A DNA stretch of 64,000 nucleotides from a virus: positions 1 through 64,000 of the IMG/VR virus record IMGVR_UViG_3300030108_003282. One strand, given 5' to 3'. Position 1 is the first letter of the stretch; the number at the start of each line of letters is the position of its first letter. This document shows, in pieces, positions 38,956 through 48,400 of the stretch. A model generated the notes under the pieces. It saw only the letters and a program-made list of their open reading frames with translations, was not told where the DNA came from and ran no database searches. Made by a program: the position numbers and the translations under genes.

Positions 38956-39146
38956 AACGATACCTCCTTGTTTATTTGTTTATCAATTTCTTTTTGATAT
39001 TCTTCTAAAGCAAATTCCATTACTTCATCATCACTAAAGCCAATATCAATACCTAATGCTTCGGACGCTTCTTTCATAGCCAATTGTCTTTCCTTTTGTA
39101 TTTGAAGAAGTTTTTCAAATGATGATATATCAATTTTTATTGCCAT
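38931..39146 (-). CDS. small neck-region protein
   Basis: ORF between adaptor and terminator genes. Confidence 0.55.
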   Translation of the reverse strand: MAIKIDISSFEKLLQIQKERQLAMKEASEALGIDIGFSDDEVMEFALEEYQKEIDKQINKEVSLLMKSLFS

Positions 39147-39151
39147 ATTAA

Positions 39152-40453
39152 TCAATCCAAGAAATAAACAAGGTCGCCCTTTCCTTTTAAAATATCCATA
39201 GCCTCTTTACGAAGAATATCATATTTTTCTTTTGTTGAAATATTAGCACCTGATTCTGCGATTAGAATACTTTGGTCGTCATGTCTTATAATTTCAGATG
39301 CCGCTAATTTTGTGGTGGCTTCGTGAATAGCAGAAGGAACTCGATTATCACCAGCAATATAAGAAACAATAACTGAGTTGCTTCTATGATAGGGATAATC
39401 TTTCAAAAAGAAAATACGGCCTTCTTCATTGATAGTCCAATAATCACCAAGTCTTCTTAGGTCTTCTTTATCTGTAAAATCTATTAATGTGCAAACAGTT
39501 GGTATTGCTTCTGTTGTAGTAAATGTTAAAACATTTGACGCACTTGCCGAAGCAGGTGCGCTTAATACAACATTTGTTGCATCAGTGATTGAAGCGATAG
39601 TAATTGTCCCTGTAATACCAGTTCCACTAACAACCATACCTACTGCTAATTTTGATGAATCAGCGACAGTAAGAGCAGTAGATGAGTTAATCGTCGTGCA
39701 TGACTGTTTTATGGTCGCCTTGATAACGCAATCTGCCCCATCATCCCCCGAAAGTAGGGATGAGATGAAAATTTGCTTGCCATTTTCTTTGTTCTTGGCG
39801 GCATAGAAAAAGTCAGAAATAGAAAGATTAGAAGAAGTGAGGCTTTTTGGAGCAGTTGCACCAGTATATTGAGACATTGAAGGGAACGATTCGTTTATTA
39901 AAGAAACAATTTCTTCATTGGTTGTCTTGATGCCAAAGGTATTATTGAACTCATCGTTTCCTAGATTTGTCAAATCATTTTCAGAGAGCAGTTCAAAAGA
40001 AACTCCGCTATTTGGTAATTGAAGAATAATAGAATTCAAGTCTCTAAAATTATCTTGTAAGGTAATTTTTGCTTGTGCTGAAGCAATTTCAATATATTGG
40101 CTTCCTTGCCACAACTGTAATGAAACAATCTTCCTTACTTTCATTTTTGATAATTGAATAAAACCAACATGACCACCATAATATGCCTTGTGTGGCATAC
40201 GAGAAAATTCAAAGTTATGGTGTTCATCCTTCGTAATAATTGGTCGGTATGAACGCTTTACCTTATCATCAACGATTCCCTCCACCCTTTTGATGATTGA
40301 ACCAACTTGGGCTAAGGTTGGGAAGGTAGAGACTGAAAATGCAGGAACTTGGAGTAAATTAGCAACCTCGGTAGCATTGGTATAAAAACCTCGACCTTCA
40401 GAATAATTAGGATTAATTTCTGTAAAGTCGCTTGGCGAAATTGTTTGACCCAT
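39152..40453 (-). CDS. head-tail adaptor/connector with insertions
   Basis: YT...V, I..VE..VD, YW....G.I.F, V.VSY.AG...VP..I.EA..KL. Confidence 0.8.
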   Translation of the reverse strand: MGQTISPSDFTEINPNYSEGRGFYTNATEVANLLQVPAFSVSTFPTLAQVGSIIKRVEGIVDDKVKRSYRPIITKDEHHNFEFSRMPHKAYYGGHVGFIQLSKMKVRKIVSLQLWQGSQYIEIASAQAKITLQDNFRDLNSIILQLPNSGVSFELLSENDLTNLGNDEFNNTFGIKTTNEEIVSLINESFPSMSQYTGATAPKSLTSSNLSISDFFYAAKNKENGKQIFISSLLSGDDGADCVIKATIKQSCTTINSSTALTVADSSKLAVGMVVSGTGITGTITIASITDATNVVLSAPASASASNVLTFTTTEAIPTVCTLIDFTDKEDLRRLGDYWTINEEGRIFFLKDYPYHRSNSVIVSYIAGDNRVPSAIHEATTKLAASEIIRHDDQSILIAESGANISTKEKYDILRKEAMDILKGKGDLVYFLD

Positions 40454-40454
40454 T

Positions 40455-42074
40455 TTATACACCAATCATTCTTTTAAGTTTTCTAACATTCTTTTTTATT
40501 TTATTTGAATGAGAAACCATGCTTCTATTCTGTCTTGACCTTGAGCCACTCAAATTGTATTCTCCGTGTTTAGTCACTTCAAAAGTTAATTTAACAAAAG
40601 CATCACCAAAAGCGTCTTGAATATCTCCTAATCTGAGAGTCTCTGTTCCAAATTTCATTTGACCAAAATCACCCGCATCTCTTGTAGTTGTTGGTTTTTC
40701 ATCTCCTACTTCAAACACTCTAATTTCAGACTTGTAATTTTCTTTTTCTGCTTTAGGCAATTTAGCATATTCATCTTCCGAAATAAAGATAGGATTTCCT
40801 TTTTCGTCTTTTTCTGTTTTATGGCTAAAGGCTCTTTTAGATTGCTCATCAATCATTTCTTGAGTTAATGGCTTTCCACCTTCACCCATAGTTGTTAATC
40901 CTTCGGCAGCAGTAGCAAAATCTCTATATGTTTCTGCTCTATCCTTTTTTGTAGTAATATTTCCATATACTTTAAAAGAATACACTTCATCAGGTATAAC
41001 CAAGAAAGGCTTAAATGCTTTCATAATTACTCTTTTAACTGCTTCATCCTCAAAGAAACCTTCAATAGTTCCTCTTCCTTCTCCATCAAATTTAAGATTT
41101 GCTTGCTTACCAGATTCACCTTCGGGCTTAAATACGAAGGAGTAGTATTTACCATTCAATTCGATAATATCTTCTTCTTTCATCTCTTCCGTTCTATTCA
41201 AATCCCCGATTGCTGATTGAACATTAAGCATATTGATTTCTTCTTCAGGATTTGATGTAAGATTTATTTTTTCCCCAACAGATTCAAACTCTCCATCTTC
41301 ATTTAATTCTGCTTCAATGACATAATTTTCTTGTGCAGAAACCCCGCCTTTTAATTTGTCAATAAAGGAATCAGGTATGTTAAATGAATAATCAACAACA
41401 TCTTCTGCAATTGTAAACTTTTGGTTAGATGGTCTATATGATGCCTCTTGCCCAGTAGTTTCTAAAATAAAATCTGCTTTAACTTTCTCTAAATCTCCAT
41501 AATCAAAAGCAGGTATCTTGGCCTCAATGTGTGCCTTAAGCGAACTTCGTTGTGGTTGATGAGCATAGTTGAACCTATCATTTAATCTTTTATTTTCTCT
41601 AAACTGAATATCATAGTTTACAGTTGGCTTATCACCATAGGCTGAAATAAAATCATCAAAATCAAAGTCGGGTAATTTAGTTTTTCCACTACGAATAAAA
41701 GAAACATCAGTTCCTTTTAATCTACCAAGAACTCTTGCATTTGTAATGTCTCCTACTTTTTTATCTTCAATAAAAGCAAGATTAGATTCGTTTGGGGTTT
41801 TATCCCTCTTACGAGAAAATCCTTTCCATGCGTCAGCGTCTCTTTCCAAAAGAGGTTTTAGTGGTTCATCGAGAACCTTTTCTAAAATTTCTGTTAATTG
41901 TTCTTTTAGTGCGGCACTATTTGGCTCGCTATCATCTACACTATCCTTTGCAGTCTTAACCTTACGACGAAATTCTTTATCGCCAGTAAGAACATAGTCT
42001 TTCATCTGTGTTTCAATAAAAGACGCAGAACGAGGAAGACTAAGGGTTTGTCGTCCCCAATTAAAACTAACCAC
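40455..42074 (-). CDS. hypothetical 539-aa protein (GTG start)
   Basis: GAGGTGA SD; long acidic ORF. Confidence 0.75.
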   Translation of the reverse strand: MVSFNWGRQTLSLPRSASFIETQMKDYVLTGDKEFRRKVKTAKDSVDDSEPNSAALKEQLTEILEKVLDEPLKPLLERDADAWKGFSRKRDKTPNESNLAFIEDKKVGDITNARVLGRLKGTDVSFIRSGKTKLPDFDFDDFISAYGDKPTVNYDIQFRENKRLNDRFNYAHQPQRSSLKAHIEAKIPAFDYGDLEKVKADFILETTGQEASYRPSNQKFTIAEDVVDYSFNIPDSFIDKLKGGVSAQENYVIEAELNEDGEFESVGEKINLTSNPEEEINMLNVQSAIGDLNRTEEMKEEDIIELNGKYYSFVFKPEGESGKQANLKFDGEGRGTIEGFFEDEAVKRVIMKAFKPFLVIPDEVYSFKVYGNITTKKDRAETYRDFATAAEGLTTMGEGGKPLTQEMIDEQSKRAFSHKTEKDEKGNPIFISEDEYAKLPKAEKENYKSEIRVFEVGDEKPTTTRDAGDFGQMKFGTETLRLGDIQDAFGDAFVKLTFEVTKHGEYNLSGSRSRQNRSMVSHSNKIKKNVRKLKRMIGV

Positions 42075-42084
42075 TTAATTCACC

Positions 42085-42732
42085 TCACATGAGCCATTTT
42101 GCCCAAGCCGCCCCTTTTTGGATTGCCGCACCTAAATGTAATCCACTTGAAGGAGGCTCATAACTCATTTGACCTTGAGCATCAATCCAATAAGGACGAC
42201 CATATCCGTCTGTTCCCGAAGGAGGAATAGGATAGCCTGTGCCATTATTCATAGCACCTTGCATTTGTTGATATTGTTGAGTATTTCCAGTAACGTTGGC
42301 TAAAGCCATACCTGCTGATGGTTGTTGCATACCTCCACCACTAAATCCCTGTGATTCAAGATACTGTTGTTTTGCCATCTTTCTTTGCATAACAACCTCA
42401 GTATTAATTGCTGATTGCAATAACTTTTGAATATCTAAATCAATGTTTTCTTGAGTAATTCTTTCGTATTCACGAAGAGCATCTCGGTTTACAGTAAGGT
42501 TGCTGCCATTAGTGTCAAAACTTAACTTAGCAAGCATTTGAGAAACAACTCTTTCAACAACATCTTCCATTAACTTTTCAAGAGCAATCAAGAATTGTTC
42601 TCCATGATATTGAAAAAATTCTTCAACATGATTTTCCTGTAATGAAAGTAAATTATTTACAGTCTTAAATTGTGTGTCGCTTTGCGCTTGAACTGCTCCT
42701 AAAACAGTCTTGTTGCTAGTTCCAAATACCAT
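42085..42732 (-). CDS. helical Gln/Gly-rich protein with amphipathic C-terminus
   Basis: GGAGG SD; ends LGAAIQKGAAWAKWLM. Confidence 0.75.
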   Translation of the reverse strand: MVFGTSNKTVLGAVQAQSDTQFKTVNNLLSLQENHVEEFFQYHGEQFLIALEKLMEDVVERVVSQMLAKLSFDTNGSNLTVNRDALREYERITQENIDLDIQKLLQSAINTEVVMQRKMAKQQYLESQGFSGGGMQQPSAGMALANVTGNTQQYQQMQGAMNNGTGYPIPPSGTDGYGRPYWIDAQGQMSYEPPSSGLHLGAAIQKGAAWAKWLM

Positions 42733-42734
42733 AT

Positions 42735-43415
42735 CTATGCCTCCTTAACTAATTCCTCTTTTATTTCTTCTTGCGGTAATTCATTTTGTGCTTGAACATT
42801 ATGCTTAAGCATCAAATGATTGAGTCTTTCTGTGATAATATTTATTTCAGTGATTAGACGAATGACCTCATCCGTTGCCGTCTTTGAATCTCCTATTGCG
42901 GGTGGGGTTATAAACCATCCTGCCGAGGTAAGACTCATAACATCTTCTTTGCTTAAAGTCTTAATTGGTCCTGCTTTGAGCATTTTAGGCATACGGGGCT
43001 TAAATGATTTAAATTCAAGTCCATGCTTATCTGCAAGAATTTGCTGTTGTAGCATTTCTAATTGCATATATATGGAAGCGTGTTTAGGACAATAAGTTCC
43101 CATTAAAGGTCTTCCCTTAACTACTCCATCTAAAGGCATAGGAGGACGCATATAATCTCCTTGTTCCCAAATATGATGAAAACCACAAACAACACATCTG
43201 TCTTTGAGGTTAAATTTTTTTCCATATTTAATGCCTAAAAACTTCTTTGGTTCTGCTTTTAAAACCAATTTAAGTTCCTTTAATTGAGTCTTCGGCTTAT
43301 ACGAAATAAACTTGTATTCTTGCACAACACCACTTGCTCTTGCCTGTTGAAGTGGCGAAAGAGCAGGATTAAATTGTTGTGGTGCATTTTGTCCTATAAT
43401 GTTGTTTTGGTACAT
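42735..43415 (-). CDS. zinc-binding plus coiled-coil protein
   Basis: CVVC...CPKH; C-terminal heptads. Confidence 0.7.
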   Translation of the reverse strand: MYQNNIIGQNAPQQFNPALSPLQQARASGVVQEYKFISYKPKTQLKELKLVLKAEPKKFLGIKYGKKFNLKDRCVVCGFHHIWEQGDYMRPPMPLDGVVKGRPLMGTYCPKHASIYMQLEMLQQQILADKHGLEFKSFKPRMPKMLKAGPIKTLSKEDVMSLTSAGWFITPPAIGDSKTATDEVIRLITEINIITERLNHLMLKHNVQAQNELPQEEIKEELVKEA

Positions 43416-43420
43416 AATAA

Positions 43421-44086
43421 TCAATAGTCCTTTATCATTGTGGTAATTCCTCTATAAACCATTTCGGGGTCAGACTTTGCAGAAACAATATATTTGAAAC
43501 ACGGTATTCCTTTATCATTTAACTTTCTCATTCCATATTTAAATGGTTCAAATATTTCATGCTTATCTATAGATTGGTCTTCTAATGGATATTTCTTTCC
43601 CCAAATATCATACTTATTTGCCCAAATACCTACTGCCATTGGAAAATCTGAGTCTCTTTTCTTTTTACCGTTTGACCACTTATTTGAAATAATCGAATCA
43701 ACTAAAAACTTCCATGCTAACTGATGGTCTAAATTAACTTCACTATCTAAATGCCTGTGGTCAATCATGAAAATAATATATTTGACTCTCCTATTTTGCA
43801 TATCCTTTTCCCATTCTTTCCAGTAAATTGCTTCTCCTCCAATATCTGCACTTCTTACTGTATGGGAGTCTCCATCTATTTTGACATTTTTTCTTGTTGC
43901 TCTATGTCTTCCAACCGTTCTTTCATTTATTTGAGGAACTTCCCCTCTTGTTCTTAATTGATGGCTTAGTGTTGTTTTTCCAACCATTGTGGCCCCATAG
44001 ACTCCAAAATTAATTGCGTGAATTTTTTTGTAAAATCCTATGATTGCTTCACCTACAAGAATAGCAAATCCTGTCATTAGGGACAT
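43421..44086 (-). CDS. small Ras-superfamily (Arf/Sar-like) GTPase
   Basis: G1 GATMVGKT, G2 TVG, G3 DIGG, G4 NKYD, G5 SAK; hydrophobic N-terminal helix; start at TAATG overlap. Confidence 0.9.
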   Translation of the reverse strand: MSLMTGFAILVGEAIIGFYKKIHAINFGVYGATMVGKTTLSHQLRTRGEVPQINERTVGRHRATRKNVKIDGDSHTVRSADIGGEAIYWKEWEKDMQNRRVKYIIFMIDHRHLDSEVNLDHQLAWKFLVDSIISNKWSNGKKKRDSDFPMAVGIWANKYDIWGKKYPLEDQSIDKHEIFEPFKYGMRKLNDKGIPCFKYIVSAKSDPEMVYRGITTMIKDY

Positions 44087-44304
44087 TAATGCCCCCACCC
44101 ATTGAGAAGGGTATCTAATAACCAGCCCATGATGTTAATATCAAAAACACCAAGAATATTTCCAATAAGGAAACCTGAAAGACAGGCACAAGAACCCCAA
44201 AACCACATTCTCATCTTCAAAAAGAAGATATCTGCTGAATGCGCCCTTTGTTGATTATAAGCATAATCCGAATCAGAAAAGCCCATTATGTCGCCAAAGA
44301 CCAT
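44086..44304 (-). CDS. small membrane protein
   Basis: hydrophobic WFWGSCACLSGFLIGNILGVF segment. Confidence 0.7.
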   Translation of the reverse strand: MVFGDIMGFSDSDYAYNQQRAHSADIFFLKMRMWFWGSCACLSGFLIGNILGVFDINIMGWLLDTLLNGWGH

Positions 44305-44315
44305 TCTTTCACCGC

Positions 44316-44699
44316 CTATTGTAGTGCGGCCAAGAACTCATTACCAACGCTATTTTCTTCTTCCTGCTGAACAGGTTGATAAAAGGTAGTGTTGTATTGT
44401 TTTGCGCTTTCACGCATCTTTTGTCTTTGTTGTTCATCCCTAGCCTTTCTTTCCCAGTATGCCGCAATTTTACGGTCTAAGAGCCAAAGTTCAATTCTAT
44501 CATTGAGTGATAAATCAAAAATTGCTTTCATAACCATAATTGCACCAATTGTGCCTAAACCAAATAGAACTGAGTGTGCTAATGGGCCATAAGGAAAATT
44601 CATTCCGAATGCCGCATATGCCCAAACATTTGTTCCGCTTAATGCGCCAACAAATAAAATTGTCATAATGAGTCTTGTATCTTGACTTAATGCTGCCAT
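44316..44699 (-). CDS. two-TM membrane protein with C-terminal coiled coil
   Basis: two hydrophobic helices followed by a charged helix; GAGGTG SD. Confidence 0.75.
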   Translation of the reverse strand: MAALSQDTRLIMTILFVGALSGTNVWAYAAFGMNFPYGPLAHSVLFGLGTIGAIMVMKAIFDLSLNDRIELWLLDRKIAAYWERKARDEQQRQKMRESAKQYNTTFYQPVQQEEENSVGNEFLAALQ

Positions 44700-44708
44700 T
44701 TTAACACC

Positions 44709-44993
44709 TCAAGAAAAGTGAATGAAAGTATTTGCGTTTCCACTAGTCTCTTCATAAAAGAGTCCAACAGAACAAATAACCCCATGCATGTCAAATTCGA
44801 GATTTTGGACACCAGCACCATCTATGTTAATACGGGCTAATTCTTTACCCGTATTATCTGTTCCGTCAAATACTTTTATTTGACAAGGCGCACCGCCACT
44901 ATCGTTATTAACATGAATAGAAATTAATTTGCATTGTCCAACAAAAACCTTTCCACTAGCCGTTAAAAGACCACTACTTCTGCAACTCGGCAT
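44709..44993 (-). CDS. small beta-rich virion protein
   Basis: follows the capsid genes. Confidence 0.6.
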   Translation of the reverse strand: MPSCRSSGLLTASGKVFVGQCKLISIHVNNDSGGAPCQIKVFDGTDNTGKELARINIDGAGVQNLEFDMHGVICSVGLFYEETSGNANTFIHFS

Positions 44994-45054
44994 GATTCAT
45001 CACTTCCGTTCAAACTGTCTATGAGGCATCACCCTCTTAATCCTATCGCTAGGA

Positions 45055-45375
45055 TTATTCAGCCAAAGAGGACTTTTTGCTCTTAGCAGGTGCTTTCTTC
45101 ACCTTTGGTTTAGCGGGGAGAAGATATGCACACAATTTATCATGTGTGTCAAAATCTTTTCCTAACGCCTTGCCTAAGCGAACCAGTCTTTCGGGCTTTA
45201 GTTGCTTCAAAACCTTTCTTTCACTTTCGAGAAAAGTGATTTCTAAAGCACTATCGCCTAAATAGATTAAAGCCTTTTCAGTAGGCAAATCTAAAGAGAC
45301 TGTTCTATCAAGCACTTGTCCATCAACAAATAGTGTTTTTGACCTTGCCCCTTTGGTCAGTTTAATTGTTGCCAA
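45055..45375 (-). CDS. hypothetical protein with Lys-rich tail (TTG start)
   Basis: GAGGTGG SD. Confidence 0.65.
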   Translation of the reverse strand: MATIKLTKGARSKTLFVDGQVLDRTVSLDLPTEKALIYLGDSALEITFLESERKVLKQLKPERLVRLGKALGKDFDTHDKLCAYLLPAKPKVKKAPAKSKKSSLAE

Positions 45376-45385
45376 TTAAACCACC

Positions 45386-45721
45386 TCAAAGCAAACCAAA
45401 GACTCTTACACGAACAATTCCTTCATCAGCAGTTCCGCTTTGTTGTGCAGAACCAGTCGAAAGAATGATTTTGACGCTAGAAACAGATTCATAAGCCCCC
45501 GTTGTTGAAACAACGGCTCTTGCTGAATGACCAATTTCTTCTACGCCAGTTACCATCAATTGCGTGATTTGACTTAAACCGACTTCGGCAGCCGTTAAAG
45601 TAATACCTCCAGAAACATAATTGGTGATGTTAATGATTGCATCAACCATATATTCATCGCCATTTGCTCTTGGCTTGGTAAAACCTTTATGGTCTGCCAA
45701 TAACGTAACTGTATGTGCCAA
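45386..45721 (-). CDS. putative capsid decoration protein (TTG start)
   Basis: GAGGTGA SD before TTG GCA CAT; Y..GG..L...GL and VRVRVFG; directly after the MCP. Confidence 0.65.
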   Translation of the reverse strand: MAHTVTLLADHKGFTKPRANGDEYMVDAIINITNYVSGGITLTAAEVGLSQITQLMVTGVEEIGHSARAVVSTTGAYESVSSVKIILSTGSAQQSGTADEGIVRVRVFGLL

Positions 45722-45731
45722 TTTAATCACC

Positions 45732-47084
45732 TCAAAGAAGGTTGGTAATCTTTCCTTGACCCTTGAAGTAAGAACAACCAGTTTCACCCATTGTGCGATA
45801 AAGAGCCTTGTTTCCGAGGTTTCCAACACCGAATGGGTTTCCGTTGCTGATACCATCCTCGAAATACTGAGTAGGCTTCATCACAGACAGCCACAAATGG
45901 TCAGTATCAAGGAAAAGCATATCGCTAATCAAACTTGAGTTATTACCAGTAGTAGGCATAGCGGCAACAGGAATCAAAGGAATGTCGTAGTAAGTAGAAA
46001 CACGGAATCCGACTTCTTGACCCTTAACACCACGAACACCGTTCACGGTTGGGACAATTTCTTTTCGGTCCATGAATCGCTCTTGAGCCTGTAATAAGTC
46101 AGAAAGCGTTTGAAGGGTGTCATATCCAGTAAGGATAACCTTTGGTGAACCGCCAGCAACACGGAGTCTTCGGAGCATATCGTTAATAACCGTTAAGGTT
46201 AATTGTCGTGCTTCTGCCGAAAGGTAGCCATCACCAAAAGAAACTTCTGCATCCAAAAACTCGTTTCCTGAATCACTTCTTTGCTTTCCGTAAAGGTGGT
46301 CAATTTGTTGGTCAGTAGCAGAATCAACAAGGTTTCCACCAGAATTGTCAGCCAATTCGGTAATTTCAGCCGAGTTAGAAACAATCTTCATAAGAGAAGT
46401 GTAGCCTCTATCAATAGCGTTTGCCGTGTTATAAGCCGTAGTTGGAGAATAGTTCTCCAATGGCATAACAAGCATAGTGTTTTGAACTTCAGCGTGATGC
46501 TTACCCATGTCTTCTCTCAATTGCGCTCTAATATCACCGATACCGTCGTCAATCTGAGCCATTTCCATTGAAAGTTCGCTGAAAGCAAATTGATGAGCAA
46601 TAATTTTTGGGCTCGTAAAGAGAACATCGTATTCAGGAGCAATTGATTGAAGACCGTCCGAATCTGAATCTAACGATGCATTTTCTGGAACGCCACCAAT
46701 TCGGTCTGCTCTCAAAGAATCAGCACCATAAAGTGCAGTATTAAGAGTGGTGTTGGAAGCGGCAGAAATGTCCAAAAAGTTTCCAGAACCGCCAGCAGGA
46801 CGCTTCTTGAGGATTCTCCAACCACTTGAAGAATATGGTCGCTTTGAAATAACAGACAATGCGTTGCATTCTCGGTTTAACATAGACCAGACCTTTTGGC
46901 CGTAAATCTTGTTGTAAAGGTTTGCGTTAATTCCCGATGGGTCGCTAAATGAACCATCGTGAGCAACATGAATGCCGCTTACGGTTCCTTGAGCCTTAAG
47001 CAATTGATTGCTAATGTGGCCCGTTGCGCTTGTTCCATAGGTTTGTGCTTCTAAATCTGCAATAGTGTTAATATATCCTGTCAT
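45732..47084 (-). CDS. major capsid protein (HK97 fold)
   Basis: 450 aa after the protease; P-domain-like PKVILTG, YDIPLIP, FLDTD. Confidence 0.9.
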   Translation of the reverse strand: MTGYINTIADLEAQTYGTSATGHISNQLLKAQGTVSGIHVAHDGSFSDPSGINANLYNKIYGQKVWSMLNRECNALSVISKRPYSSSGWRILKKRPAGGSGNFLDISAASNTTLNTALYGADSLRADRIGGVPENASLDSDSDGLQSIAPEYDVLFTSPKIIAHQFAFSELSMEMAQIDDGIGDIRAQLREDMGKHHAEVQNTMLVMPLENYSPTTAYNTANAIDRGYTSLMKIVSNSAEITELADNSGGNLVDSATDQQIDHLYGKQRSDSGNEFLDAEVSFGDGYLSAEARQLTLTVINDMLRRLRVAGGSPKVILTGYDTLQTLSDLLQAQERFMDRKEIVPTVNGVRGVKGQEVGFRVSTYYDIPLIPVAAMPTTGNNSSLISDMLFLDTDHLWLSVMKPTQYFEDGISNGNPFGVGNLGNKALYRTMGETGCSYFKGQGKITNLL

Positions 47085-47095
47085 GCTAAATCACC

Positions 47096-48355
47096 TCAAA
47101 GGTTTCCTCCAACCATTTTATGAATGTCAGCCCAATCCATTTCGGCTAATTCATCCATAGTAGGGAGTTTGATAGAAGACTCTTCTTGAGCCTTTAGGAT
47201 GTTTTCCTTCTCAGCAGTCAAAGACTTGCGAAGTGCGGCAAATTCATCCTTAAGAGAAGCAATTTCGCTTTGAGCATCATATTGAGACTTTGCGAGAATG
47301 TTTTCTCTTTGAGAAGTTTCAGCCTTGAAGCGAGCCTCAAACTGCTTTTGGAGGTTGTCGTAAGCCAACTTCTCTAATTGTTCTTGACGGAAAGCCTCGT
47401 AAGCCTTCTCAATGTTTCCAACAGATAAGTCAAGGGTTTCTAATTCTTCGTTGTTAAATGCCTTAACAACTGGTAAATCAGAAGCCTTTGGTCGGCCTCC
47501 TTCAATAATGATTCTGTCAGCAGGTTCGCCAATTTCAACACCTGCTCCATCAAGAGTAGGAACATAGGCTTTGGCTTCATCATCCATGTATTCGCCCATA
47601 CCCTTCTCTTCATCATCCATCATTTCTTTGTCGTCCTTCATCTTTTCAGACATCATTTTGTCCTTTTCAGACATCATTTTGTCCTTTTCATCCATCAACT
47701 TTTCAGACATCATTTTTTCGTCCTTCATGTCCATGTTTTCTTCTTCTTCCTTTCTTAGCGTATTGACTTCTTCCATAAGAGCGTCAAGTTCTGCCAATGC
47801 TTTTTCAATTCTGGTCATTTTTTTCACCTTTTTTGTTTTTTCTTGCTTTAAAATGTCAAATTTTGCTTCTGGATTAATTCCTTTTTCACAAATAGTGACT
47901 TCATGTAATTCTAACTTTGAAATTTCGTTGTATTCCCCTAATTCATCATGGGTTTTCTTAACTTTCTCTAAAGCCTGTCCTCCAATACTGAAACTTCTTA
48001 ATGAACCTTTTCTAATGCCACGATTAATTTCTTTGGCCTTTTCAATATCATCTCTTAATTTGATTACAACAAAGAATCCTACATCATCAACTTCTGTTTT
48101 GAATAGTCTCCCTGATTTATCTCGGTATGATTCAACAACTTCTCCGACTTGAACATTTGAATGATTTGTCATTACATTTCTAAACTTGGGGTTCTCCATG
48201 TATTTCTTTACCGCTTCTTGAAGGGCTTTAAGTGTGATTAAATCATTTTGCTTATCAACGATTTCAATGCTTGCATATCCTCCAATCATTAAATCGTCTT
48301 GGCTTTTGAGAATCCTGAAATCAGAAGTGTTGTTTCGCATCACCACAGAAGACAT
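47096..48355 (-). CDS. prohead protease fused to scaffold
   Basis: IGGYAS..VDKQND, H...VG, LRSFSIGG, LHEVT.C..GINP; acidic coiled-coil C-terminal half. Confidence 0.92.
   Translation of the reverse strand: MSSVVMRNNTSDFRILKSQDDLMIGGYASIEIVDKQNDLITLKALQEAVKKYMENPKFRNVMTNHSNVQVGEVVESYRDKSGRLFKTEVDDVGFFVVIKLRDDIEKAKEINRGIRKGSLRSFSIGGQALEKVKKTHDELGEYNEISKLELHEVTICEKGINPEAKFDILKQEKTKKVKKMTRIEKALAELDALMEEVNTLRKEEEENMDMKDEKMMSEKLMDEKDKMMSEKDKMMSEKMKDDKEMMDDEEKGMGEYMDDEAKAYVPTLDGAGVEIGEPADRIIIEGGRPKASDLPVVKAFNNEELETLDLSVGNIEKAYEAFRQEQLEKLAYDNLQKQFEARFKAETSQRENILAKSQYDAQSEIASLKDEFAALRKSLTAEKENILKAQEESSIKLPTMDELAEMDWADIHKMVGGNL
47632..47725 (-). repeat. imperfect 21-bp tandem repeat encoding (EKDKMMS)n in the scaffold linker
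   Basis: TTTTCAGACATCATTTT recurs three times. Confidence 0.8.
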
Positions 48356-48385
48356 TCTTCTCAACCCCTACTAACCATTATCCAG

Positions 48386-48393
48386 TATATAAA
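48386..48393 (-). promoter_or_regulatory. putative archaeal TATA box for the protease-capsid operon
   Basis: TTTATATA in the intergenic gap about 30 nt before the start codon. Confidence 0.55.
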
Positions 48394-48400
48394 GAACAAC

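Noticed and set aside
44087-44098. MGALMS start as an Arf-like myristoylation site
   Set aside because: The TAATG overlap at 44086 favours an MSLMTG start, and no N-myristoyltransferase is expected in the host.
45722-45856. Track's N-terminal extension of ORF 45386-45856
   Set aside because: Overlaps the MCP; the SD points to TTG at 45721.
47632-47725. Tandem repeats as a CRISPR array
   Set aside because: In-frame coding repeats without spacers.
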